From: Bdellovibrionales bacterium
GTDB taxonomy: Bacteria; Bdellovibrionota; Bdellovibrionia; Bdellovibrionales; JAUICD01
Reading direction: 5' to 3'
NCBI GenBank assembly: GCA_965203275.1
Contig: OZ241865.1
Location: 1,376,001-1,440,000, forward strand
DNA length: 64,000 nt
This document shows positions 1 to 9,981 of the stretch, piece by piece (within the stretch, counting starts at the first letter, position 1; every line of letters starts with the position of its first letter). The notes beneath the pieces are model-generated. The model worked only from the letters and a program-made list of their open reading frames with translations, ran no database searches and had not been told where the DNA came from. Both the position numbers and the translations under genes were made by a program.

Positions 1-1107
1 AATCTTATCAAAGCAGAAGGTACAAATGAGTCCCCTCAGTCATCCCCAGAAAAAGTAATTAAGACAAACAAACAACACGATCATTTAGACAAAACTGTAC
101 GACAAGCTGAAGCTGGAGAAATCATTACAAAAGTAAAACTTAAAAAATCACAATTGACTCATTTTGAACCGGCGTTTTTTCCTGTCACAAAAATAAAAAT
201 GCAAAAAACCATTCGTTTGTTGGGATCTGTTCTTTCTTCTGAGAACAGACAAAGCCACATAGCTGCTAGAGTAGATGGGCGTATTGAAAAGGTTTATGTT
301 CAATCAACAGGAAGTTTTATACAAATAGGAGATCCTGTTGTTGACCTTTATAGTCCCCAGCTGATCACAGCAGGTCAAGAATATCTCCTTGCCAAAAAAA
401 GCCACCAAGCTTCACCCTCTGAAGATTCTAACAGTCTTCAAAATCAAAGTGAACAAAGGCTTAAAACCTGGGGTATTAAAAAATTTCAATATGAATCTTG
501 GTTTAAAAAAAATAAAATCCCACAGAAAATCACTATTTACTCACCTGCCAGAGGAACAGTTCAACAAAAAAATGCAACGGTGGGTAAATACTTTAAAGAA
601 GGCGAACATTTTTTTGAACTATCAGATCTTAAAGATATATGGGTTGAAATGGATGTATACGAACATAATGCAAGCCTTGTACAGCTCAATCAAACAGTGC
701 AAATGCAATTCACAGCTCTTCCTGGAGATATCCTTTCAGGAAAAATCGATTTTATTGATCCTATCCTTAACAAAAATTCCAGAACACTTAAAATTAGAAC
801 AACTATTTCTAATAAAGATGGAAAGCTTAAGCCTGGTATGGTTGCTAATGCCACACTCAACGTTCAATTAGAAGAACTCTCACTTGTTATTCCACGTACA
901 GCTGTCATTGACACAGGGAAAAGAAAAGTCGTATGGACTCAAGAGAATACAAATACCTTTCAATCTAAAATCATTCACACAGGACATGAGTCTGAAGGAT
1001 ATATTGAAGTCAAAGCAGGGCTTGTTGAAGGTGAAAAAGTTGTTATGGAAGGTAATTTTCTTTTAGATGCTCAAGCACAGCTTTTTGGTGGTTACGAAAA
1101 TATTTAA
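1..1107 (+). CDS. cusB: CusB-like RND efflux periplasmic adaptor (5' truncated by window edge)
   Basis: Frame is open from base 1. Motifs ARVDGRIEKVY, DLYSPQL, LKPGM and GNFLLDA. Lies directly upstream of a CusA-family gene. Confidence 0.85.
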   Translation, partial: NLIKAEGTNESPQSSPEKVIKTNKQHDHLDKTVRQAEAGEIITKVKLKKSQLTHFEPAFFPVTKIKMQKTIRLLGSVLSSENRQSHIAARVDGRIEKVYVQSTGSFIQIGDPVVDLYSPQLITAGQEYLLAKKSHQASPSEDSNSLQNQSEQRLKTWGIKKFQYESWFKKNKIPQKITIYSPARGTVQQKNATVGKYFKEGEHFFELSDLKDIWVEMDVYEHNASLVQLNQTVQMQFTALPGDILSGKIDFIDPILNKNSRTLKIRTTISNKDGKLKPGMVANATLNVQLEELSLVIPRTAVIDTGKRKVVWTQENTNTFQSKIIHTGHESEGYIEVKAGLVEGEKVVMEGNFLLDAQAQLFGGYENI

Positions 1108-1127
1108 ACACCAACACAGAGAATCAA

Positions 1128-4100
1128 ATGTTCAAACTGATCAATCTGTCTATTCAATATCGCAAATGCACAGTTGCCCTTTTTATGTTGATTGCACTGA
1201 CCTCTATTATAGCTATACAAAACTCCAACATAGATATCATACCTGATCTTGGTGAAAACCAACAAATTGTTTTCACTGAATGGCCTGGGCGATCGCCTCA
1301 AGATATAGAAGCTCAAATCACTTATCCTCTCAGCACTCTTCTTCAAGGTATTCCTGGGGTTAAAACTGTGAGAGCCACCTCAGCATTTGGTTTTTCTACA
1401 ATTTATGTGATCTTTGAAAGCCACACAGATTTTTATTGGAGCCGATCGCGTATTATAGAAAAGCTTATTCACACACAATCACAACTTCCATCAGGAGTTC
1501 AACCTCAGTTAGGTCCTGACGCCACAGGGCTTGGTCAGATCTTTTGGTATTCTCTTGAATATTCTCAAAAGCAAGAAGATCAAACTTCACAACCTCAGTC
1601 ATTGGCACACCTTCGCACATTACAAGATTTTTATGTTAAATATCATCTTCAAAGTGTGGAGGGGGTGAGCGAAGTAGCAAGTGTTGGAGGGTTTGTCAAA
1701 GAGTATCAAATTGATGTAGACCCGCAAAAACTTTTTGCCTTTGATGTGCATTTTAGTACTCTTATTCAAGCCATTCAAAACAGCAATATTGATGTGGGAG
1801 CTAAAATTATTGAGGATGGAGATCGAGAATTTATTATAAGAGGTAAAGGCTTTTTTAGATCTTTAGCAGACATAGAAAATACAGTCATTGCTATTAAAAA
1901 TAAAACACCTATTTTTATTAAAGATGTAGCTCATGTTAATACGGGTCCTGCTTTTAGGCGAGGTGTCTTAGATAAAAATGGTTTTGAAGTTGTGGGTGGC
2001 GTTGTCACTATGAGGTATGGAGAAAATCCTCAAAAAGTCATTCAAAATATCAAAGAAAAACTCCAAGAAATCAAACAGGGACTTCCGCAACATGTACACA
2101 TTATACCTTTTTATGATCGCACAGAACCTATTAACAATACTATGACCACTGTTTACACAGCACTTACACAACAAGTGCTTCTTGCTACTTTGATTGTTTT
2201 TTTATTTTTATTGCATATTCCGTCAGCTTTTCTTGTCTCACTGACATTACCTCTAGCTATAGCTATAAGCTTTATATTGATGAAATGCATTGGCATTGAA
2301 TCTCATATTATGAGTCTTTCCGGTATGATCATTGCTATTGGTACAATTGTAGATATGGGCATCATCATGACAGAAAATATTTATCAAAAACTTTCACTGC
2401 ATAGGCCAGAAAATAAAAAACAACAGATTCAAATCATCACATCAGCAGCAAAAGAAATTAGCCCTGCTATTATGACCTCTATCACAACAACTATTATAAC
2501 TTTTTTACCTGTATTAGCCTTACAAGATATAGAAGGCAAATTATTTTGGCCATTAGCTTGGGCTAAAACTTTTACACTTTTAGGTTCGCTCATTGTAGCT
2601 GTCTTGCTTATTCCTGCACTTTCTGTTTTCTTTTTTCAAAATATAAAAACTCAAAACAAAGATTCTGCTTCTCACTCCCAAAACCCTCTTGCAAAAGGTC
2701 AAGCCCATAGCAATAAAGCATTGTGGCATAAATTCATTTTTGAAAAACATTTTTCAAATGAGGTCATTGAAAATATACATGCTTGGATTCATCAGACCTA
2801 TAAGCAAGCTCTTACTTGGGTCCTTGACCACAGAAAATTATTTTTAATAGCTCCCGCAGTGTTGTTGATTTTAGGTATTATAGCGTGGACACAATTAGAT
2901 GAAGAATTTATGCCTGAGGTAAATGAGGGAGACATTCTTTACATGCCTGTTACGACACCTGACATTAGTATTAGTAAGGCCAGGGAGCTTTTATCTTATA
3001 CGGATAAAATCATTAAGGAGCATCCTCTCGTGGAGTTTGCTGTGGGGAAACTTGGCAGAGCAAATTCTGCTTTAGATCCTGCACCTATAGCTATGATGGA
3101 AACTATTATTAAGTTAATCCCTCAAAGTCAATGGTCTCAAAAAGGGTTTAGAGGTCAGAATATTTATGATGTCATGGAAGACTTAGATCAGGCTTTGCAA
3201 ATTCCAGGATTGGTTAATTCTTGGGGGTTTCCTATGCAAACACGTATAGGTATGATCTCGACTGGTATTAAGACACAGGTTGGTATTAAAATTTTTGGTG
3301 ATGATATTTCTGTTTTAGAAAAATTATCATCTCAAGTAGCTCAAGAGATTAAAAAAATAAAAGGAGCTTATGGAGTTTATCAAGAGCAGATCACAAGCAA
3401 ACCTTATATTGAATTTAATATAGATCGAGTGGCAGCAGCTCAGTATGGTATTAATATAGGAACGATACAGACTATTTTGCAAACAGCTGTAGGTGGCATG
3501 CCTATAGGGCAGTTTTACGAAGGCCGGCAGAGGTATGCTATCCGTGTTCGATATAAAAAAGAGTTAAGAGATCGCATCGATCAGCTCAAAACAGTGCTTG
3601 TACCAAGTCCTGTGATCAGTAACGGCGTCAATCAACATATTCCTCTGAATCAGCTTGCAGACATTCGAGTGGTCACAGGACCGGCTCAGTTATCTTCTGA
3701 AAATGGAATCTTACGTTCACTTGTTCTTTTTAATGTAAGGGATAATGATTTAGTTAGCTTTGTTGAAAAGGCGAAAGCTCTTATTGAAGAAAAAATCCAT
3801 CTACCTACAGGCTATTCTTTGAGTTGGGCGGGGCAGTATGAAAATCACACAAGGGCTAATAATTATCTTAAGATTCTTTTGCCACTTGTTTTGATAGTTA
3901 ATTTGATTATTTTATTTTTAAGTACAAGGAGCTTTTCTTATTCTTTGATCATTTTTAGTGCAGTGCCTATTGCTATGACAGGGGGATTGATTTTGCTTTG
4001 GCTTACTGGTTTTCATCTTTCTGTAGCTGTGTGGATTGGTTTTATTGCTTTATTTGGTATTGCTGTGGATGATGGTATTTTGATGATCACTTACTTAAAG

Positions 4101-4385
4101 CAGGCTATGGATGCTCATCCTGTAAAGAACTTACAAGATTTAAAATCAATAATTATTCAAGCTGGTACACGTCGCATTCGGCCTTTGTTGATGACAACGA
4201 TGACAACTATTTTTGCACTTTTACCTGTGATATGGTCAACCTCAACTGGCAGTGAAGTGATGAAGCCTATGGCTATTCCTACACTTGGTGGTATGTTGGT
4301 GGAGGTGATTACTCTTTTTATTGTTCCTGTGCTTTTTTCTTTTACATATCAATTTCACTTTAAAGAAAACTCTAATATTCACTAA
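1128..4385 (+). CDS. cusA: CusA/CzcA family heavy-metal RND transporter
   Basis: 1085 aa with PDLGENQQIVFTEWPGRSP, LGPDATGLGQIFWY, RRIRPLLMT and GSEVMKPMAIP. The stop codon lies inside an element-A end (cacTAA). Confidence 0.93.
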   Translation: MFKLINLSIQYRKCTVALFMLIALTSIIAIQNSNIDIIPDLGENQQIVFTEWPGRSPQDIEAQITYPLSTLLQGIPGVKTVRATSAFGFSTIYVIFESHTDFYWSRSRIIEKLIHTQSQLPSGVQPQLGPDATGLGQIFWYSLEYSQKQEDQTSQPQSLAHLRTLQDFYVKYHLQSVEGVSEVASVGGFVKEYQIDVDPQKLFAFDVHFSTLIQAIQNSNIDVGAKIIEDGDREFIIRGKGFFRSLADIENTVIAIKNKTPIFIKDVAHVNTGPAFRRGVLDKNGFEVVGGVVTMRYGENPQKVIQNIKEKLQEIKQGLPQHVHIIPFYDRTEPINNTMTTVYTALTQQVLLATLIVFLFLLHIPSAFLVSLTLPLAIAISFILMKCIGIESHIMSLSGMIIAIGTIVDMGIIMTENIYQKLSLHRPENKKQQIQIITSAAKEISPAIMTSITTTIITFLPVLALQDIEGKLFWPLAWAKTFTLLGSLIVAVLLIPALSVFFFQNIKTQNKDSASHSQNPLAKGQAHSNKALWHKFIFEKHFSNEVIENIHAWIHQTYKQALTWVLDHRKLFLIAPAVLLILGIIAWTQLDEEFMPEVNEGDILYMPVTTPDISISKARELLSYTDKIIKEHPLVEFAVGKLGRANSALDPAPIAMMETIIKLIPQSQWSQKGFRGQNIYDVMEDLDQALQIPGLVNSWGFPMQTRIGMISTGIKTQVGIKIFGDDISVLEKLSSQVAQEIKKIKGAYGVYQEQITSKPYIEFNIDRVAAAQYGINIGTIQTILQTAVGGMPIGQFYEGRQRYAIRVRYKKELRDRIDQLKTVLVPSPVISNGVNQHIPLNQLADIRVVTGPAQLSSENGILRSLVLFNVRDNDLVSFVEKAKALIEEKIHLPTGYSLSWAGQYENHTRANNYLKILLPLVLIVNLIILFLSTRSFSYSLIIFSAVPIAMTGGLILLWLTGFHLSVAVWIGFIALFGIAVDDGILMITYLKQAMDAHPVKNLQDLKSIIIQAGTRRIRPLLMTTMTTIFALLPVIWSTSTGSEVMKPMAIPTLGGMLVEVITLFIVPVLFSFTYQFHFKENSNIH

Positions 4386-4962
4386 AAGTGGTCTGACCTC
4401 TGGTCACTTTTAGTGAAACAAACTCCCTAACCCCACCCACCGCCCTTCGATTCTGCTTTTCTATTTGTATGTTTTTTTATGAGTGGAATGCGATTGCAGG
4501 CTTCCGAAGTCCTCAATTGAGCTTGCTCCTTAAAAGCAAGCTCAATTTGCGGAAGATCTTCAGCCTGCCCCCGCTTCCCACTCATAATATTCTTCATTTT
4601 TTTGAGAGTTACGCAGAATCTAAAAAGAATAAAAAAATAAAAAAACGAAAATCTTTTTCCTTAACATGGTGTCAAGAGACGAGAGGATCCTCCCTACTAA
4701 AAGTAAACTGACCTCTGGTCACTTTGGGTAGCCAGCCCGACGGCTACCGCCGTCGATCAAAGGCTGGCTACCTCAGTCCGTTTACTTTTCGTTTTTTAAT
4801 ACGATGTTAAGGAAACAAGATATTTATATTTATTTCACTCCCGGGATCCGGGATCAGGCAATCTGGCATCCCGGGATCTGATGCCGGGCTACCGGATGCC
4901 AGATCCCGGATCCCGGATCCCAGATCCCGGATCCCGGATCCCAGATCCCGGATCCCGGGATC
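4378..4962. mobile_element. Structured-repeat cluster 1: fold-back A end, inverted module B, hybrid A, heptamer array
   Basis: cactaaaagtggtctgacctctggtcacttttagtg at 4380. Reverse B at about 4425-4625. A body at about 4696-4820. GATCCCG repeats at about 4838-4962. Confidence 0.75.
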
Positions 4963-5086
4963 AGTATCTGTCTAATAAAATAACTATTGTCTAATTCATT
5001 ATCACTCTGCATGTCTCATTATGTTACAAAAGATGATTTTCATACTTTAAATACTTAATAAATACACAGATGGACTGCTGTAAGAT

Positions 5087-5103
5087 TTGGCATAGTTTTT
5101 GAT
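5087..5103 (+). promoter_or_regulatory. Possible sigma54 (-24/-12) promoter
   Basis: TTGGCATAGTTTTTGAT: GG-N10-GA with correct spacing but a non-canonical -12 element, about 60 nt upstream of ATG 5164. Confidence 0.3.
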
Positions 5104-5163
5104 GTATTTTAATTAAGGCATAAAAAATATACGCATTTTTCATTTAAGAAAGGGGTTTTAATA

Positions 5164-8153
5164 ATGAAGTTTATTCAACAGCTCAACGATCTAACTATCT
5201 GTAGATTGTTTACATGCTCTATCTGTTTATTTGTGATCGGTTGTTCCTTTATTGCTTGCGGAGAAGCTCCTATGCAAGAACATGGAGCTTTAGACCCTGA
5301 AGCCCAAAGGCGACTTGCTAACCCAGAAGAAAATCGGGAAATATTACGCAGAGAACTTGAAGAAATACAAAAGAGAATGCAAGAGGCTGCTCAGGAGGCT
5401 CAGGAAGCTCAAGAGGCTGAAAGCCAAGACTCGTCTACCCCCCCCCCCCCCCCCCCCCCTCCAAATCTTTAACCTCACAAGCTATTGAAACTATTGAGTT
5501 ATCTAGTAGTCAACCTGAAAAAAGTGGATGGTTTTCGTCATCTTGGAACTATCTTGTAGATAAAGGGTTTAGTGCAACACAAGCTGTAAAAGACTACGTC
5601 AATGACTTCACTACTGACGATGCAGAGAACAACACAATGAACCCTCGAGAATATCAAGAGTTATGGGAGAAGATAAAAAAGTGGGAATCAAGAACTTTTA
5701 AAGATCGAGAACTCATGAGAAAAAACAAAAGTATATACAACAAATTCATGAGTTTGCCTCCAGGTAACAAAGTGTTGATTGAAGATACAATATACGATTT
5801 AGATGAAATGCCAGATGATCTACGCACGGCTATACAAAAAATAGAATCTGAAGATGATACCTTAAAAGAAGAAATTGCTCAAGCGTTATATCCTTTCCTT
5901 TGGATTCAGTCTGTGGATGTAACTAATGTCAACAATGATTCAATATTACGTCCCATGCCATTACCTTTCACCCTATATCGGAGTATGCATGATGACAATT
6001 ATACTCCACAAGAAATTATAAATGCCATACAAGCCTTGATCACACTGGGAGCTGATGTAAACAAAAAAGAAAGGAATCGAATTAAGATGAAGCCTTTACA
6101 TTATGTAATAGATAATATGAGGGATGAGAGGTTAGCATTAGAAATAGCTAAAATATTGATTGATGCTGGAGCTGATGTTAATTATAGCGATAGACAGGAG
6201 TGGACAGCTCTGCACTGTGCTAGCCGGAGAGGATTTTTAGAAATAGTTAAGCTATTACTAGATCATGGAGCTGATATAGATACACAAGGAAGGGAGTGTA
6301 ATATCCTATGTCGCACAATAAGGATAGCAAGAGACCCAGACAAGAGAAAACCACAACATCAAGAGATTATAGAGTTATTGACTGCTGTTGAACAAGAACA
6401 AGAAAAAAAAGATGAAGGAAAAATTTTTCTTCGTCCCATGCTCACTCCAACCGAACAAGAAGAACAAGAACAAGAAGAAAGATGGAAGGCAAAAAAATGG
6501 AGAAGAGAGTATAACATTGATCAACGTGTCCAACGCTGGACTTCTATGACTCCTGAACAAAGAGCAACAAGTAAATTAACAGATTTTTCTCTTAGCTTTA
6601 CCACATCTCGTCGATGTAGAAGAGAATTCCCTGCAAGCAGACAATGCCTTAAAGTAGAGTTTTTGAGAGATGGTTATAAACAAACTTTTATTTATCCTTC
6701 ACCTATATTAACTGAAGATGAAAGAACTGCACTTCAAACAGTTGAACAAGAGCAAGAGGAATATAATGCACAAAAGGAAAGAGAAGCAGTAGAAAGAAGG
6801 GAACGAGAAGCAAGAGAAAGAATGGAACGAGAAGCGAGAGAAAGAAGGGAACGGGAAGCAAGAGAAAGAAGGGAACGAGAAGCAGCAGAAAGAAGGGAAC
6901 GAGAAGCAAGAGAGCGGAGGGCAAGAGCAGAGCAACCAAATCAAGGGCAACGAACAAGCACCCAGTCTGATCCAAGAAGTCAATGGGCTGCTGATAGAGT
7001 CCGTTTAACTCAAGTCAGAGCAGCTTTAGAAGCTCCTCATGTCAATGCTTATGCTATCACACATGTTAAGCTTTTCCCTATTGCTAAACCACGCTTAGAC
7101 CCCTACCCATTTACAAGAGACGAAGATATGGCACATCTGTCTTTGAAAAACAGAAATGACGGATTTACCTTAGAAGTATTTAACCCTGAGCAACCAGAGC
7201 AGAGCAAAGTTGTTCTAGCTCAAAAAGTACATGATATTGAAATGAGCATTAGGTGTCATAATCAACTCAATTGTAATGAAAATATTCTTCGTTATAGATC
7301 TAATGTTGATCAAGATAGCCAGTGGCAAACGTATCCTCTTTCTAACTTGATAGGATATGAGAATGGCAACAATGTTTATCAGATGAGAATAATCTCAGAT
7401 AAAGAGCATGGAGATACTCAAGTGAGATGGGGTACAGGTCGCCGTCGAGTGAATAGATATTATAGAGGTCACTTTCGTATAGCTATTACTAAGAGAAAAA
7501 GCAATGACATGATGGAATGGAGCTTGATCAATGATGTTCCCGTAGAACAATATCTTCGTTCAGTTGTTCCGGGTGAGATGCCATTGACAGATGATCAAAG
7601 TGCTTCAAGGACTGCCTTTGCTGCTTTAAAGGCTCAAGTGATAGCAGCCAGGTCATATCTTTTCAGTAAGATCAAAGAGAATAGACATGTCAAAGCAATG
7701 GGATGGGATGTGGATCCTACAACATGGTTTCAATCTTATCCAGGTTCTAGAGAAGTAAGAAGTGGCAGAGTAAGAAACAGAGAATTTTTAAGAAGCGATG
7801 AAGCAGTGGAAGCCACAGTGGGTGTGATCCTCACATATCGAGGACAGTTAGCTATGACAGAATATCATGCTTGCCGAAGAGATAGCACAAGAACAAGTAA
7901 CAGTCTACCTATATTTAGAGCAAAGAAGATTCCAAGTGGAGAGAGATGTGGTCGTTACAGAGGTGAAGGAGGTCATGGTCGTGGTTTATCTCAGAGAGGT
8001 GCTATGTGGCTAGCCCGTGTAGGATGGGACGATGAAGAATCACCTACAGAAAATGCCGCCAAGCCTGAAGATGTTACAGAGCCATGGAGTCATGTTGATA
8101 TTCTTCGCTACTTTTATCACGGAGTCAATGTCCAAAATCACCACGAGCTTTGA
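5164..8153 (+). CDS. Frameshifted (phase-OFF) putative lipoprotein: ankyrin repeats + EREARERR repeats + SpoIID/LytB domain
   Basis: ORF 5164-5472 has a lipobox-like FIAC and ends just after C22 (5438-5459). The frame of ORF 5637-8153 is open back to the tract (SKSLTSQAIE...ENNTM). Ankyrin motif WTALHCASRRGFLEIVKLLLDHGAD. SpoIID motifs EQYLRSVVPGEM, ALKAQVIAARSY and GHGRGLSQRGA. Confidence 0.8.
6777..6925 (+). repeat. 24-bp coding tandem repeat (EREARERR, about 6 copies)
   Basis: gaacgagaagcaagagaaagaagg-like units. Confidence 0.85.
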
Positions 8154-8555
8154 TTCACTCAAAATAAATCATGCCTCTGGCATGTTTTCTGGCAGTTAGC
8201 CCGACGGCTACCGCCGTCGATCAAAGGCTAACTGCCTAGAAAATTCATTTATTTTGAGTAGGGAGGATCTCTTCGTCTCTTAACTACATGTTAAGGAAAA
8301 AGAGTTTCGTTTTTTTATTTTTTTTATTCTCTTTTAGATTCTGCGTAACCTCAAATAAAAAGTAATTTAGAGGGAGGATGGGGCAGTGTGGGCCTGGAGA
8401 TCTTCCGCAAATTGAGCTTGCTCTTTAAAAGCAAGCTCAATTGAGGACTTCGGAAGGCTCACACTGCCCCATCCTCAAGTAAAAACAAAATGGAAAGGCA
8501 GAATCGAAGGGCGGGGGGTGGGGTTAGGGAGTTCCTTTAGATCCCGGATCCAGGG
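8154..8555 (+). mobile_element. Most complete structured element: module A + tail + module B + G-rich end + short heptamer run
   Basis: A core 8156-8259, ttaac...gttaagg tail to about 8305, B 8337-8505 (GATTCTGC...GCAGAATC), G-runs 8509-8529. Confidence 0.78.
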
Positions 8556-8587
8556 ACTAGCTTGTTAGAAAATAAAAAAATATTCTT

Positions 8588-9505
8588 TTAATGAGAAAGA
8601 CTTGATGCTCCTCCTAGCTGTATCGCAACAGAGGCTACAAAAGCAAGATGTGTTACACGATTTAAAAAGAAAGTGCCATCACGACCAATAATAAATAAAC
8701 TATCTTCTTTAACTCCTACATCTTTGCTGATCAAAGCTAAAACAATACTTCCCCAACCTCCCATAAATACAACTATAAGGCTTATAGCCCACCAAAATGG
8801 ACCTATAGGCAAAAAAGTGCTTACAAAATAACTAATAACAAAAACAATAGAACCTGCAATAAACCAACCTTCTAAAGTTCTACGATGGGTGATTTTAACC
8901 CATTTTTTTTTACATAAATGAGAGATTGTGAGGTGAATATGGTTGAATAGCTCAACTAATAAAATAAGATAAATAAGATAAAAAGCTCCATCAGATAAAA
9001 GTACAATCCAAAGAGTATGTAAAAATCCCCATCCTATAAGCAGACATGCCAATAAACTTAAGCAGGTTAATTGCAACATATTTTGAGGAGATCTGTTTTT
9101 AATAACAGCAATTAAAGGAAGCAAGCCTAAATATATCATAGGAAGCAAGTTGTATAAGAGTTTTCCTTTAAAAACAGCAACCCCAGCAAATAGCAAAATA
9201 AAGATATAAGTCAACCAAAGATAGCTCACTTGATGATATATACCTGTGATTTTAAAAAATTCTTTAGTGGCCAAAAGGGCAACACAGGTTAAAGTGATAA
9301 CAGCTAATAATTGGTAAAAACCAATCATAATTATAATGATAGGAGCTAAAATAAACCAGCTTTTGATACTCACCCATTGTACTCGACTTAGAATGCTTTT
9401 GTTACGAAAAGGAAATATCAAAATAGCTACAGCAATTAAAAATCCAAAAGTTAAACAAGTGATTGTTGGAATATCTGTGTGATGGAATAAATATATGCCG
9501 GCCAT
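8588..9505 (-). CDS. Phosphatidate cytidylyltransferase family membrane protein (divergent)
   Basis: Multi-TM protein. SWFILAP, ATKEF, RTLEG and ISKDVGVKE...GRDG resemble the CTP_transf_1 signature. Confidence 0.65.
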   Translation of the reverse strand: MAGIYLFHHTDIPTITCLTFGFLIAVAILIFPFRNKSILSRVQWVSIKSWFILAPIIIIMIGFYQLLAVITLTCVALLATKEFFKITGIYHQVSYLWLTYIFILLFAGVAVFKGKLLYNLLPMIYLGLLPLIAVIKNRSPQNMLQLTCLSLLACLLIGWGFLHTLWIVLLSDGAFYLIYLILLVELFNHIHLTISHLCKKKWVKITHRRTLEGWFIAGSIVFVISYFVSTFLPIGPFWWAISLIVVFMGGWGSIVLALISKDVGVKEDSLFIIGRDGTFFLNRVTHLAFVASVAIQLGGASSLSH

Positions 9506-9518
9506 GTTGCTTCTTCTC

Positions 9519-9905
9519 TTATTCGCTATTAATAGGTCGTGTTAAGGTCAAGCACCTCAAAATATCATAAGCAATTTTTTGGCATAGACTGCGATATTCA
9601 GTGTTTCCTTCAATGTATCTACGTATTGAAATATAATCATCTAGAAAATTCTCATCTGTGTTCATTAACCTTTCAATGACTTCTTGGGTTGGAAAGTCGT
9701 GAATAGGGAGATTAGAACTCAACATTAACTCTACAAACAAAACATCACCTGTGTCAGGATCATAAGCCGTGCCTCCTATAATATCAACCTGTAGCTGATA
9801 GCAAACATTTTGTTGACACACAATGGTTTGAAAATCATCCGCATCTTGAGCTAATACATTGATACTGAAAATAATCATTATAAAATATAAAATTGATAGT
9901 TTCAT
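9519..9905 (-). CDS. Hypothetical secreted protein
   Basis: Signal peptide ending VLA-Q. RBS aggag upstream. Confidence 0.65.
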   Translation of the reverse strand: MKLSILYFIMIIFSINVLAQDADDFQTIVCQQNVCYQLQVDIIGGTAYDPDTGDVLFVELMLSSNLPIHDFPTQEVIERLMNTDENFLDDYISIRRYIEGNTEYRSLCQKIAYDILRCLTLTRPINSE

Positions 9906-9981
9906 AGTTTCTCCTTTCTATTAAAAGTATGATTCAAAATATTTGATTGGTCAAACAATTAAATTATGAGATAATATATTT

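Noticed and set aside
4469..4711. Short ORFs inside element clusters (also 15833-16033, 29353-29667, 29411-29683, 35253-35552, 53667-53870, 53902-54099)
   Set aside because: They translate repeat DNA, frames are not preserved between copies, and variation follows base pairing rather than codons.
6703..6983. Antisense/shadow ORFs over repetitive coding regions (also 21011-21235, 30220-30612, 44454-44952, 53358-53646)
   Set aside because: Low-complexity mirror frames of real genes.
8156..8259. tRNA or tRNA-derived element for module A
   Set aside because: No T-loop or D-loop consensus and no CCA. The stems are much longer than in tRNA.
8275..8300. attC or dif-like site in the TTAAC...GTTAAGG tail
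   Set aside because: The arms are separated by only a few nucleotides, far too short for attC and the wrong spacing for XerCD dif. No integrase is nearby.
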